Source: Ginglymostoma cirratum
Taxonomy: Eukaryota
Reading direction: 5' to 3'
NCBI GenBank assembly: GCA_024137785.1
Contig: JAHRHZ010000063.1
Location: forward strand, 18,414,923 to 18,478,922
DNA: 64,000 nt
The notes under the pieces are model-generated. The model did no database searches, was not told the origin of the DNA, and saw only the letters and a list, made by a program, of their open reading frames with translations. The translations under genes were made by a program, and so were the position numbers. Positions 12,473 to 24,079 of this stretch are shown one piece after another (position 1 is the stretch's first letter; each line of letters opens with the position of its first letter).

Positions 12473-13597
12473 TAAAGACTTTCTTCAGATGGCACCTGCA
12501 GTCAATATCAATGATCCATTACATAATAGAGGCTGCTGCTAACTTGCATATTTGACAAAAGACAGAAAATCATGGTTTGTGAAAATGAGTCTTAAAGTTT
12601 TACAAAATTAATAACTACAACTGTCAGACTTTGGTAAGACAATCTTTAGGTTAGGTTGACTCAAGTATCTAATTCCGAAGATTCACCCTTTTTTTTCATG
12701 ATAAATCATGCAAAGTATAATTTTGAGCAAAGAGAATTATACATCATTGGTTATTTGTACAGTCCTCAGGAGTAATATTTTGATATCTAATTAATGCTGT
12801 ACACAAACAAGTTTCATGTTTTCTGGAATATATGAATTTTTACTGTGAATTTATATCTCTTAAAATAGAGATAAGATTACACTTAAGGAAATACTTCCTA
12901 ACTTTAATAACAGCCCACGGTACAACATCATAGCCTGCACAGATCCTAGCTTAGGTCTTAATCAATTTATAGAATGAGGAAGGCTACGAGATAATACAGT
13001 TGCATCACCTAGCCCACAAAACTAGCACAGCACAGTTTAAGTTTCTAAAATATTTTTCATCTTATTTTATATACATAACCAAATAACACATTTTGCAAGG
13101 TCATTAATGATAATGTTTGTAAGTTGTATAACATATCTTGTTGTAATTTAACTCACTTCCCTGAGGTGTTTCCCACCATCTCTCCATACTTTCCTTAGAG
13201 TTCTTTCTAATATAATAAAACTTTAATATGTTCCGATATCCAGTGAAGTGTTTTGGAAAACAGTTGTCAGTTATGAAACTGAAAAACATTCTCTTTGATA
13301 TATATTTGTTTTTACCACATTCTAATTTAAAATACTATTATAAGATGTATCTAAATATAAAATAATAAATTGACCAAGTGATGTTTCTTGGTCCTTTTTT
13401 ACTTCCTAGCATATTTTATTCCGCATAATAAATACAAGATAGATATGACGTGACAAGAATCTTGTGTAACATTAAGTTATACATCCTAACAAGATAAACT
13501 TGCAGGAACATGACTTACAATGTTCAGAATGCCTTTCCAAACTGAATTAAATTAGTAATTGTACAAGTATTGATAGTAGTGACAATCTCTCCATTAC

Positions 13598-13800
13598 CTT
13601 TCTCTCACAGAATATGTTTTTCACAGAGGGCTCCCATCCGTTTCATACCATGAAGTAAACTCTGAAATAACAGGAACTCTCTCTACCTCTTCTACCTCTG
13701 TGACAGCTGGTGTGGTGACCTGCCTCTTTACCATTTCACTCCTAAGCCAACAGTCGCACTTAAACGCACTTTGAAACCATTTTTTTTATTGTAGGTGAGT
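13598..13800 (-). promoter_or_regulatory. RAG1: Candidate RAG1 non-coding exon 1 and proximal promoter
   Basis: Donor AAG|GTAATG at 13598/13597 in TE-free sequence ~2.4 kb upstream of the coding-exon acceptor. Adjacent E-box CAGCTG (13704-13709) abuts RUNX TGTGGT (13711-13716). RAG1 genes typically have a non-coding first exon. No transcript evidence available. Confidence 0.4.
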
Positions 13801-14088
13801 CATTTTCTTCATTATTAAATTAATTGATACTTTATGTAGCAATCTTGACTGTTATTTTATGTTATATATTATTGAGGCTGTTTAGTTTCTATTTCTACCT
13901 TGTGTTTCATATATAATGTGTATATATATAAAATCTCAATTGTTAACTTTTCTTTATTGCTAGAATTTGATGCTTCTGTTACTTAATGCTCATAGCTATT
14001 TTTGAATTAATTTCCTTCCTATCACCATTCAACTTTGGTCTCATTTACTCATGTTCTCAATCACTTACTGTCGCGGGCACGCAGAATG

Positions 14089-14102
14089 CTGCCATCTTGT
14101 GG
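14089..14102 (-). promoter_or_regulatory. Candidate CTCF site
   Basis: CCACAAGATGGCAG on the - strand, one mismatch to the CTCF core CCASYAGRKGGCRS, in a small CpG-containing patch. Confidence 0.4.
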
Positions 14103-14449
14103 ATCAGTTCAGTTTTGCAATGTATTGCAATGATTCTCAATTCAGTTATCTATTTACAGCAAATCCCATTTAAACAAAAAATATCCATCTCTACTGAGCA
14201 AATAAACGTGAATAAGTTCAAACTTAATGTTCTTTCTGCATTCATCGTTTCTCCTGATCTAGTTCTGCAATTGCTATAAATGTGTTTTCAAATTGGTCTC
14301 TCTTTTAATTTTCATGGCAAAAGCTACGCAGCACAACAAGATTTGATCTAGATTGGTTAAAAAAAATGAGAAAAATACAGGCGGTTGAAGATACTTTGAA
14401 CATTCCATTAATTCTAAAGAATATGGGGAGGAATTAAGTTCCATAACCT

Positions 14450-15660
14450 TCAGCAGAGAAGTAGTATTAAACAAAGTAATGGGGCTAAAGACAGATAAGT
14501 TCCCTGGTCCTGATGGCTTGTATCATTGGAACCTAAAAGAAGTAGCTGAAGAGATAGTGGATGCATTGTTTGTAATTTTCCAAAACTCATTGGATTTTGG
14601 AGAAATACCAGAGGACTGGAAAACTACCAATCTATTCAAAAAGGGAGGGAGGCACAATGTGGGTACATGTAGGCCGATTAGCCTAACATCCATTGTTGGG
14701 AAAGTATTGGAATCAATTATTAAAGAAGGAATAATTAAAGAAGTAATAGCAGAACATTTGGACAATTATAATCGAATCAAGAAGAGTCAGTTCTGAGGAA
14801 GGGTCACTGGACCTAAAATGTTAACTCTGTCTTTTTCTTCACAGATGCTGCCAGACCTGCTGAGCTTTTCCAGCAACTTTGTTTTTGTTCAAGAAGAGTC
14901 TTCATGAAAGAGTAATTGTGTCTAATTACAGTTATTTGAGGAAGTCTCAACCAGAGTGGATAAAGGAAAACCAGGAGATGTGCTGTATTTGGAATTCTGG
15001 AAGGTGTTCAAAAAGGTACCTCACTAAAAGTTTTGTCATAAGTTAAGAACCCACAGTGTTGGAAGTCATATATTGACATGGATAGAGAATGGCTATTGGC
15101 AATAAATAGCAAGTGGGGATAAGGGATTCTTTTTCGGGTCGGCAACCTTTGACCTGTAGGGTTCCACAGGGATCAGTGCTGGAACCGTAACTACTTACAT
15201 TATTTATTAATGACTGGGAGGGAGGAAGTGGATGTACTGCAGCCAAACTTGCAGATGACACAAAAAATCAATGGAAAAGTTGTGAAAGGGATAAAAATAG
15301 TTTACAGAGAGATAACGTAGGTCAAGCAAGTGGGCAAGGAGTTGGCAAGTGGAGTATAAAGTGGGAAAATGTTAAGTTGTTCATTTTGGAAAGGAGAATT
15401 TTTTAAAAAAGCTTATTATTTACAAGGAGAAAAGCTGCAGGAAGTAGCAACACAACGGGACTTGGGGGTACTTGTACATGAAACATAGAAAGCTAGCATA
15501 CTGGTGCAGTAGGTAATCAGAAAGGCTAATGGAATGTTAGCCCTTATTTCAGGTGGGTTGGAGAATAACAGTAAGGAAGTCTCACTGTAACTGTACATAG
15601 TGCCGTTGAGACCACATCTGCAGTACTGTGAGCAGTTTTGGTCCCATTGTTTAGAGGAAG
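14450..15660 (+). mobile_element. CR1 LINE RT fragment
   Basis: PGPDG...PEDWK...RPISLTSIVGKVLESII; decayed QGSVL and ADDTK. Confidence 0.85.
14789..14888 (+). mobile_element. Family-B short element inserted in a CR1 fragment
   Basis: 12-bp TSD TCAAGAAGAGTC (14777-14788, 14889-14900); CTGAGGA-AGGGTCACTGGACC core with GAAAC decayed. Confidence 0.8.
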
Positions 15661-15664
15661 TTTT

Positions 15665-16290
15665 CATTGTGGTTGGTTTGCTCGCCGAGCTGGTTTGTTA
15701 GTTCACAGACTTTTCATTACCTTGCTGGGTAACATCATCAGTGCAGCCTCCGATGAAGCGCTGCTGTGTTTTCCCGCCTGGTATTTAAACTCTGGGGTCC
15801 GTTGGAGTTGATTACCTCATTAGCGGTTTTTTTTCACAGTATATATAGGGTTAATTCTACGTGTTTATAGATGGCCTTCTTGGTGGAGAACCAGGCCTAT
15901 AGAAATTCCCGTGCTCATCTCTGTTTGGCCTGTCCTAAGATCCTGATGTTGTCCCAGTCGAACTGGTGGTTCTCTTTATCCGTGTGAATGGAGATAAGTG
16001 AGTATTGGTCGTGTCTTTTTGTTGCTAGTTGGTGTTCATGTATTCTTGTGGCTAGTTTCCTGTCTGTCTAATGTAATGTTTGTCACAGTCCTTGCATGAG
16101 AAAGAACAAGACCCAAGTGACACAATCTCCTCAGACAACACGCTGAAACTACTGGACCTATGCCTTACAACCCACATTATCTTTAAAGGCCAAATTTAAT
16201 GAACAAATATATAATTTGTAAACAAAGAATACTTGAACACCAACTAGCAACAAAAAGACACAACCAATACTCACTCATCTCCATTCACAA
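15665..16290 (-). mobile_element. Second Penelope-like lineage: decayed GIY-YIG fragment, terminal hammerhead-like motif and inverted RT scrap
   Basis: - strand reads CKDCDKHYI..QTDRKLATRIHEHQLATKRHD...FDWDNIRILGQ; CTGATGA TGTTACC..GGTAAT GAAA AGTC at 15708-15741; + strand LKLLDLCLTTH at ~16145. Confidence 0.75.
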
Positions 16291-16752
16291 ACGTTTAACT
16301 GAAACTAACAAAATTTGTTAGTGCATTTCACTTCGCACTGATGCTATATTTTCTGTATAAATGCAGTGAGCAGAACCAGATTCACCTGAAACCACAGTGA
16401 AGCAGATTTTCCATCAGGCAGGTTCAATAAATTTTCTTCAACCTCAATTCAGCCCTTCGTTCTTCATTTACACTTCTGTCACACATTCATTAATGTTTTC
16501 TTTGACCTCACACTTTTTGCCAGAGATTCAGACTTTTCAACTTTGAAAATATTTTCATTTCTGTCTTCCCATTCCAAAACATCATTGCTTTCTTCAGGAG
16601 ATAGTAGAAGATCTTGAGCAACTTCCCACAGATACTGACTTTGAAAACTTTAGAGAGAAAGAAGGAATAAGAATCTTAATGAATAGAATCAAAAACAAAG
16701 TTGCTGGAAAAGCTCAGCAGGTCTGGCAGCATCTGTGAAGGCAAAAAACAGA

Positions 16753-16788
16753 GTTAACGTTTCGGGTCTGGTCACCCTTCCTCAGAAC
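16753..16788 (-). ncRNA. Minimal type I hammerhead ribozyme-like motif within a family-B element (16689-16790)
   Basis: GTT-CTGAGGA-A-GGGT gaccag ACCC-GAAA-CGTT-AAC: stem I GTT/AAC, stem II GGGT/ACCC, intact core. Confidence 0.6.
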
Positions 16789-19567
16789 AGTTCATGTTCC
16801 TCCGACATAATCATGCTTGTTCAGAATGTTTGTTCCAGTCCCTTTGTGAGGTTAACTGATTCCTCTATCCAGGTTGACTTTGTGGCCTCACAATACTGCA
16901 AAATTGGGGAGGGGAGTGGGGGATTGGGGCTGGGGAGGGGTGGGGGAGGGAGGCAGGCATACCTGAACCCAAGACTGTCCTCAACCTGCCTTCGACAAAA
17001 GCACACTTTTCAGCTGGCTAAGATAACACAGTATGGAGCTGGAAGAACACAGCAGGCCAGGGAGCATCAGAGGAGCAGGGAAAACATTTCAGGTCAGGAC
17101 TGTATCTCTTTCCAGCAGGCTGACTGCTTGTCGATCCAAATCGGGAAGCGAGAACAAATTAGTTTCCTGACATGCAGAGGACTTTAAGATGTAGTTCCAC
17201 CACCATCACCATGGTTTGATGCCAGCTAATATAGAATAGATCAATCTGATGCAACATTTCTGGTCTGTATATCACATATCACATCATTTGCACCCCGAAT
17301 TATTGAAAGAACCAAGCTTTTTGTCATCTCCTGATTGTCAATTTTATATTTTTGGAACATGTGGATGGAAGGAGCAGTGGGGACATCCAGAGGAGACAGG
17401 GAGAGGCAATGCAGGGGGAGATCAGCACCCGGTGGAATTGCATCATGCCCAGAGAACTGGAGGGAGGTGGGAGGGGCAAGAGAGCCATCGGGCGAACGAA
17501 AGACTGGAGACAGAGGGGGAAAGGGGCTCCCAGCTCCCAGGCCCGATTTGTTGCCCTCCCCAAAATTCCTCTGCAAAAAAAAAAAGTTGAAAACACTCAG
17601 CAGTGAGCACTCCACAAAAAAACGTGATTTAGAATACCTTCAATTACGAAGTCTCACATTAAAATAATCGAGATAGGCAATCTCAAACATTTGGTTTAAA
17701 AAAAACTTTGTGATTGTAAAATGTTTGAAACTTTGACTAACTGATCCCTGTTTCCCCCTAGATTCTACCTGACCAATTTCAGTTTCTGTCTTCACAGGAA
17801 TAATGTGTTTTTGATGGAGTTGGGAGGAAGATGAAGTGCAGTACAAAAGGTTCAGAGATAGATTGAAAAGGTTAGACCAGTCACATATCAAGTTTTACTG
17901 ACATAAATATTTAATAATAACCTAGTTCTCTATCATATCTATTTAATTTCCTGTCACTACAGATCAGAAAGGTTACATTAGTTTTCTGCAGTTCTGCACA
18001 TTCCTATCGTCTGTTAATCCACATAGAACAGTACAATAGCAAATCACTCCAGATGCTGGAATTCTGGACTATAAATGGAAAATGTTGAAAATACTCAGCA
18101 GGTCAAGGAGCAATTGTGGAGGAAAGCTGTTAATGGTTCAGGTTGATCAGTGGAAAATCCCAGCAACGTTGTTTATAATTATCAATGCCTTCCTTGCCTA
18201 GAGATGATGCAACTCTGACTCTTCACTTCTAAATGGAAATTTCTATTTCTAGGGATAGGCTGTCTCCCAATTATCACCAGTTCTCATGGCTAACATGATT
18301 ACATTTCCTGCCACCAAGCTTTCTATAAGGACTGTATTCCCATCTCTGCCACATCCATCTGATGATACTGCTTCCACATCACTGCTTCTGATGTCATTAA
18401 TTTTCTTCAGCCAAGGATTTCTTTCTGCCCTGGTTTACAGGTCCTTGAACCTAGCCATTCCACTTTCAATGGGTACCCTGGTCCCTCCCAGGAACATAAT
18501 TCCCCCTTTTCCTCACCAACCCACACTATTTCTACTGCTTTCAGCATGATGCCGTTACCAAACAAATAGAGTGGACCATTTGGCCCTTATCACAAAGCCT
18601 TATTCCCTCTTTCTCCCCACAGCCCTTGATGCCTTTAAAAAATCTAAAAATGTCTTTCTTGAATATATTTGGTGACCTGACTTCCACAGCCTTATGTAGT
18701 AGAAAATCCCACTGGTTCACTGGCCTGTGTAAAGAATTTCTTTCTCAATCTTATATGGTCTACTCCATACCCTGAGACTTTCTCCTGGACTCCCCTGTCA
18801 AGGGGAAACATCCTCTCTACACTTAGTCTGCTCAGCCTTGTTAGAATTTTAGATCCTCTCTCATCATTCTAAACTCTAGAGAATACTGGTCCAGCCAAAC
18901 TAATCTCTCCTCACTGAATAGTCCTACCATCTCTGGTATCAAACTAGTGAACATCTTCTGCACTCTCTCAGTGATAAATATATTCTCTCAAGTAGGGAGA
19001 CCATAATTGCATGTAATACTCCATGTGTGGTCTCACTAAGGCCCTGTATAACTGCAATAAGATTTCCCTAGTTGTGAACTCAAATCCTTTTGCAATGAAG
19101 GCCAATATACCATTTGCCTTTTGAAAATTTAAAGTCCCCCAACTAATCTGGTGGGATTTGAACCTGGACATAAACCTGGCATTCTGGATTAGGAGTCTAG
19201 TGATATTAACACTACACCACCATCCTCCACATCTTCCTTCTCTCTTCCCTTTCGTGAAGAAACCATTCTCCTCCAAACATCCTGGTCTACTCTTCCATCT
19301 TTGCCAACATTCACCCCTGTCCACAGACCATTTCTCATCTAAGCGTACCAGAGCCACCTTATCTTTCACCCACTTCTAACTCAGCCCAAGAATCCTCTTT
19401 AAGGTTAATATGTGTTTTTAATGACTATTCCAGAGTTTTGGGTAGTGATTATTCCTAGCATTAGGTTCACATTAAGATCATGTCTCAATTTTCATATCAA
19501 ATCTTCTCACACCATTTTAAAAAACACCTTCTCAAAATCTTTAATCATTCATTGTTCTGTCATCTAA

Positions 19568-19890
19568 GGGGAGGCAATGGCCTAGTGCTGTTATCAGTGG
19601 ACCATTAATCCAGAAACTCAGCTAATGCTCTGGGGACAGTTTCAAATCTTACCATGGTAGATGGTAGAATGTGAATTCAATAAAAATAATCTAAAATTAT
19701 AGATCTAATGATGACCGTGAAACCATCATCAGTTGTCAGGAAAAACCCATCTAGTTCACTAATGTCCTCTAGGGAAGGAACTCTGCCATCCTTACCCAGT
19801 CAGGCCTACATGTGATTCCACACCAACACAGCAATGTGAATGACTCTTGACTGCCCTCTGGACAAGAGATGCTGGCCCAGGGGGAAAAAA
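19568..19890 (+). mobile_element. tRNA-derived SINE of a second family; further copies at ~42580-42925 (+) and ~48750-49075 (-)
   Basis: Shared GGCAATGGCCTAGTG...GGTTCAAATCC...GATGGTGGAATTTGAATTC...AGGGAAGGAAA.CTGCC motifs across copies. Confidence 0.75.
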
Positions 19891-21040
19891 TCTATCCACT
19901 TACATAAACAAATTCGTGAAGAAAGACCTATCCTTTGCAAACCGTGCTTATAATCCTTGGGCAATACTTATGATCTAAAAGATAGAAATTCCTCTTCATC
20001 TGCTTTATATGGACAGCCTCTTATTCTGGAGACTGTACCCTTTAGCCTTAGATTAGATTTTGCCATGTGGGGAAACAACTTTTCTCTGCATCTACCCTGT
20101 CAAGTCTCCTAAGAATTATATATATTTTTGAATAGATTGGTGTTTGGAAGAATGAGGGGCAATGAGTACAGTCCCAGCTTACTCAACTTCTCCTAAGTAA
20201 ATTCTTTCATACCCAACTTAGTGAACCCTCAGGACTGCCTCCAGTCACAGCATATCTCGAGACAAGGGGACCAAAACTGCTCTCAGTACCCCAACTGTGG
20301 TAAACCAGTGCATTACATAGTTTCAGCAAGACTTCCCTATTTTCATACTCCATTTGCTTTCCCTGTTACTTGAACCTGTATGTGAGCTTCTTACGATTTA
20401 TGCAGGACTCCCAAATCCCTCTGAGCTGTAGTTTTCTGCAGTGTTTTTCCATTTAAATAACATTCAGCTCCTCTATTCTTTCCCTCTAAACAAAATGACC
20501 AAGAGCCAGATCAGGTATAGGGAACAGAAACAAGGATGAGCAGGATCCACTTCACAATCAGCAAGATAAGGGACAGCTTGAGTGGGCATGAACGATGCCT
20601 GATGTATGTTTTGAGGGAAATAAGTGACAGTTGGTTATCATATGGTTGGAAATTGATCGGATTAAAAATTAGAAATTTTATGCATGATCTAAGGTTATAT
20701 AAGAGAAAAGAACATTTTACCAAAGTTCAATCTTCGACAACAATCTTGACTGGCTGTCCTTGTGTACACAAATAAGTAACCTGTACTGGAATCGTTCAGT
20801 GGCTTGTCAAGTTGAATGCCAACACCACCTCACTGTCAATCAAATGTCCAGGTTAAACATGTTCTTTCTTTGAACACAGGCAGTTATTACAGTTAAGACT
20901 GCTACAAATTATAATGTTATACAAGTAGTTTATTTACATATGTTCCACACAAATTATTAGGTTATGCAGAAAAGTCATTTTAGGCCCACTTTAAATTTGA
21001 CATCAGACAGGATTTCCCCTAAAGATTAAGGTGTTCCTAT

Positions 21041-21208
21041 TCATTTTGTCTCAGGTTTTTTCTCTCCCGCTTCAAGTTTGGGTAATTCTGCAGGTTCTCG
21101 GTACGCTGGGAAAGCTTCCCATGGACTGTTGAGATCAAATTTGCGGAATTCCTGGGCAAGTTCAATAGGCTCAGCTACAATACGTTTTACCTCATCATCA
21201 TATCGTAC
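21041..21208 (-). CDS. NDUFS3: NDUFS3 exon 7 ([31 protein letters not shown]...PETK*)
   Basis: Recognisable C-terminus, TGA at 21043-21041; AATAAA on the - strand at 20929-20934. Confidence 0.96.
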   Translation of the reverse strand, partial: VRYDDEVKRIVAEPIELAQEFRKFDLNSPWEAFPAYREPAELPKLEAGEKKPETK

Positions 21209-21874
21209 CTAAAAAGAAAAGGAATAGTTAGGCAAAGACAAAAACACAAGAACTGGGATGTAATGACAGAGCAGTGTACAATATTGGTTAAACCACAGCT
21301 GAAGTATTATGTTGATTTCTGATAATCACACAATACGAAGGATGTGATTGTACTCAAGAAGGTATAAAGGAGCCTCATCAAGATGCTGCCTGGGTTGAAG
21401 CATTTCAGAGCTATGAATAGAGACTAGACAGAATAGGGATGGCATCCCTGGAGCAGAGAAGACTGAGAGGGGACATGACGGAGGACTACAAAAATATGAG
21501 TGGTATAGTTAGAATTAACCTTTCTCCTTAGAGGGGCTAATTACCATTAAGTAAACATTTAAGCTAAGGAGCAAGAGCTTTAGAGGGGATTTAAAGGAGA
21601 GTTATTTTTACCCCGAAGGTGGTAGAGGCTGGAAGTATTACAACACTTTAGGAATATGCAGATGAGCACCTGAAATGCCACAGCATATAAGACTACAGAC
21701 AAAGTGCTGGAAAATGGGTTTTGAGTAGATGGGTGCTAAGAGATTTTCACTCCAACTTACAAAGTTGACTCAAGTAGCTTTTAGGAGGTGTGGGGTGTTG
21801 CCAGGTGGGAGTGCAGAACAAGGAAGAAAAGGAAAAAGCTTCATAGACGTACAGCTTTAAAAAACATTATTTTA

Positions 21875-22054
<180 letters not shown>

Positions 22055-22487
22055 TTAGAACTGTCAAATTTTAAGTAAAGAGCAAAATATTACTTGTATT
22101 TTGTCTATTATAAATGTGTGTGTTAAATTTGAAACAAATTCTTAAAAACAATTGAGCCAAGACAGAAGCGTATTAGGCAACTTATAAAATACTCAATTAC
22201 ATTTAAACACCCTACTTTTCATGTGATTACAGGCTATAAGCACAGCATAATAGTTTTAAATCACATTATTGATCATTGCATAATTAATTTTGTGAATTAT
22301 AATACAGTACGCAATGATCAGTGTTTGCCTACTCCATGAAAGTCCAATGTTCTTGATTTCAGCAAAAAGATCATAAAACATGAATGGAGAAATGGTGATC
22401 TAACTGATCAAACCTGCTCCCTCCACAGACAACACGATTCAATCTTAAACTCCACCACAGTTATCTGCAAACCTCAAACGAAATATC

Positions 22488-22716
22488 AAAACAAAAACAG
22501 AGGTTGCTGGAAAAGCTTAGCAGGTCTGGCAGCATCTGTGAAGAAAAATCAGAGTTAACATTTCAGGTCCGGTAACCCTTCCTCAGAACAGGAAGGGTCA
22601 CTGGACCCATAATGTTAACTCTGATTTTTCCTCAGCTGCTGCCAGACCTGCTGAGCTTTTCCAGCAACCTCTGTTTTTGTTCCTGATTTACAGCATCTGC
22701 AGTTCTTTCGGTTTTT
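22488..22716. mobile_element. Family-B inverted dimer in NDUFS3 intron 5
   Basis: Two ~100-bp inverted copies meeting at the hammerhead-like ends. Confidence 0.75.
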
Positions 22717-23203
22717 AAGTATTGAAACATTCAGCCATCTCCACAATTCAACAGTGGCCTGATTGAATATACAGATTATTTGCCCACCCCCACAACAATC
22801 ATCCTAGTTGCTACATAAAGTTCACTGAGCATCAGAAATAGCAAATTGACATTCTGGCTAGAATTCTGTCAGAGTTCCAAGTATAATGTAACATACATCT
22901 TTGCCTTTCAAATGTTTCCTGGCAACAGTGCAGACTTTACCTTCATCTCAAATCCTACTCACAACCAGACAATGCCTACTCTTAAAATTGAGTTAATTTA
23001 CAGAAGATAAATGTCTTCTGCTAAGAATGTGTAAGATGGTGTAATTTCTTGTTCCCTGTCCATCTCACTCTGTCTGCAATGTTGAATACACCCTTACCCC
23101 TGATTCAATTATTTTCTGTTCTCTGACTCAGTCTTGATTTGCTTAGAGATTGACTAGTAATAAAAGTCTTCTCATAACATTTCATCCAATTTATTCAACT
23201 CAC

Positions 23204-23329
23204 CTCTCTCTCATACCAGTTTGCAGCCTGGAACACAGGTACCAGGGAATCCAGTGGTGTCAACTCATCGGTATAAGTCTTCACACGGATACGAGAGTTA
23301 AACTGCAGTGAAAGTAAGTTATATACAAT
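23204..23329 (-). CDS. NDUFS3: NDUFS3 exon 5 ([23 protein letters not shown]...ANWYERE)
   Basis: Recognisable peptide, 126 nt, canonical splice sites. Confidence 0.96.
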
Positions 23330-24079
23330 CTGTTGGAAAGGGAACAGAAGAGATCTTAAAATTAAATCTCAACAATATCAGTACAGAAGGAACCGAAACC
23401 CCCAATCAAGTTGAGGTTCCAAAGCAATGCTCCAAGTTAATGCCTATTTTATAGCAAACTTATTGTAACAAAGGCAATCTAACAAGCAATTTGGCATTGT
23501 AGGTTATTATTTTAAGGGATTCTTAAATGATTAACCTTATACTTTTATATTTTTATTTTAGAAAGGGGTTTTCTGGGACCAATTGTTATGGGAAAGGACC
23601 GGCTCAAAGTTTAGTTCTGAGATTACTTTAATAAGAGTCACAGCAAGTTTTCAGTTAGACAGTGATGTACAGTCTAACATTAGCTAAATACTTCTCATAA
23701 AATTCAGAACGAGAAACACTTCTCATTTTCAGGTTTTAGACTTCAATCTTCTCTATTTTGTCTCTTGTATTCTCTACACTAGATTTCTTGGCTGTACAAA
23801 CCTGATTGGGAAGACTTCTTTTATCTTGATTTTAGAGAATTAACCTCTTCCTCTCTCCACTTATCTTCAGCCCATAGTCGAGCATGCTTTTCTTAACCAA
23901 CCAGATATCATTTGCATGAGCTTCACACCATTCCATAATGCTTTTTAAATTTTTTTTTATTTGACTTCCTTATCTCAAGCTTAGGGTCTTATCTCTTGAA
24001 GGGACGCAACTTTTCCAATTTTGTATTTTCTCATGTACATCAAGTTCTCAGTCTGCAAGGTCTCAGATTCTTCCTACAT

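Noticed and set aside
11200-21000. RAG-transposon terminal inverted repeat remnants upstream of RAG1
   Set aside because: Heptamers at ~15052 and ~16393 lack a correctly spaced nonamer; manual scan only
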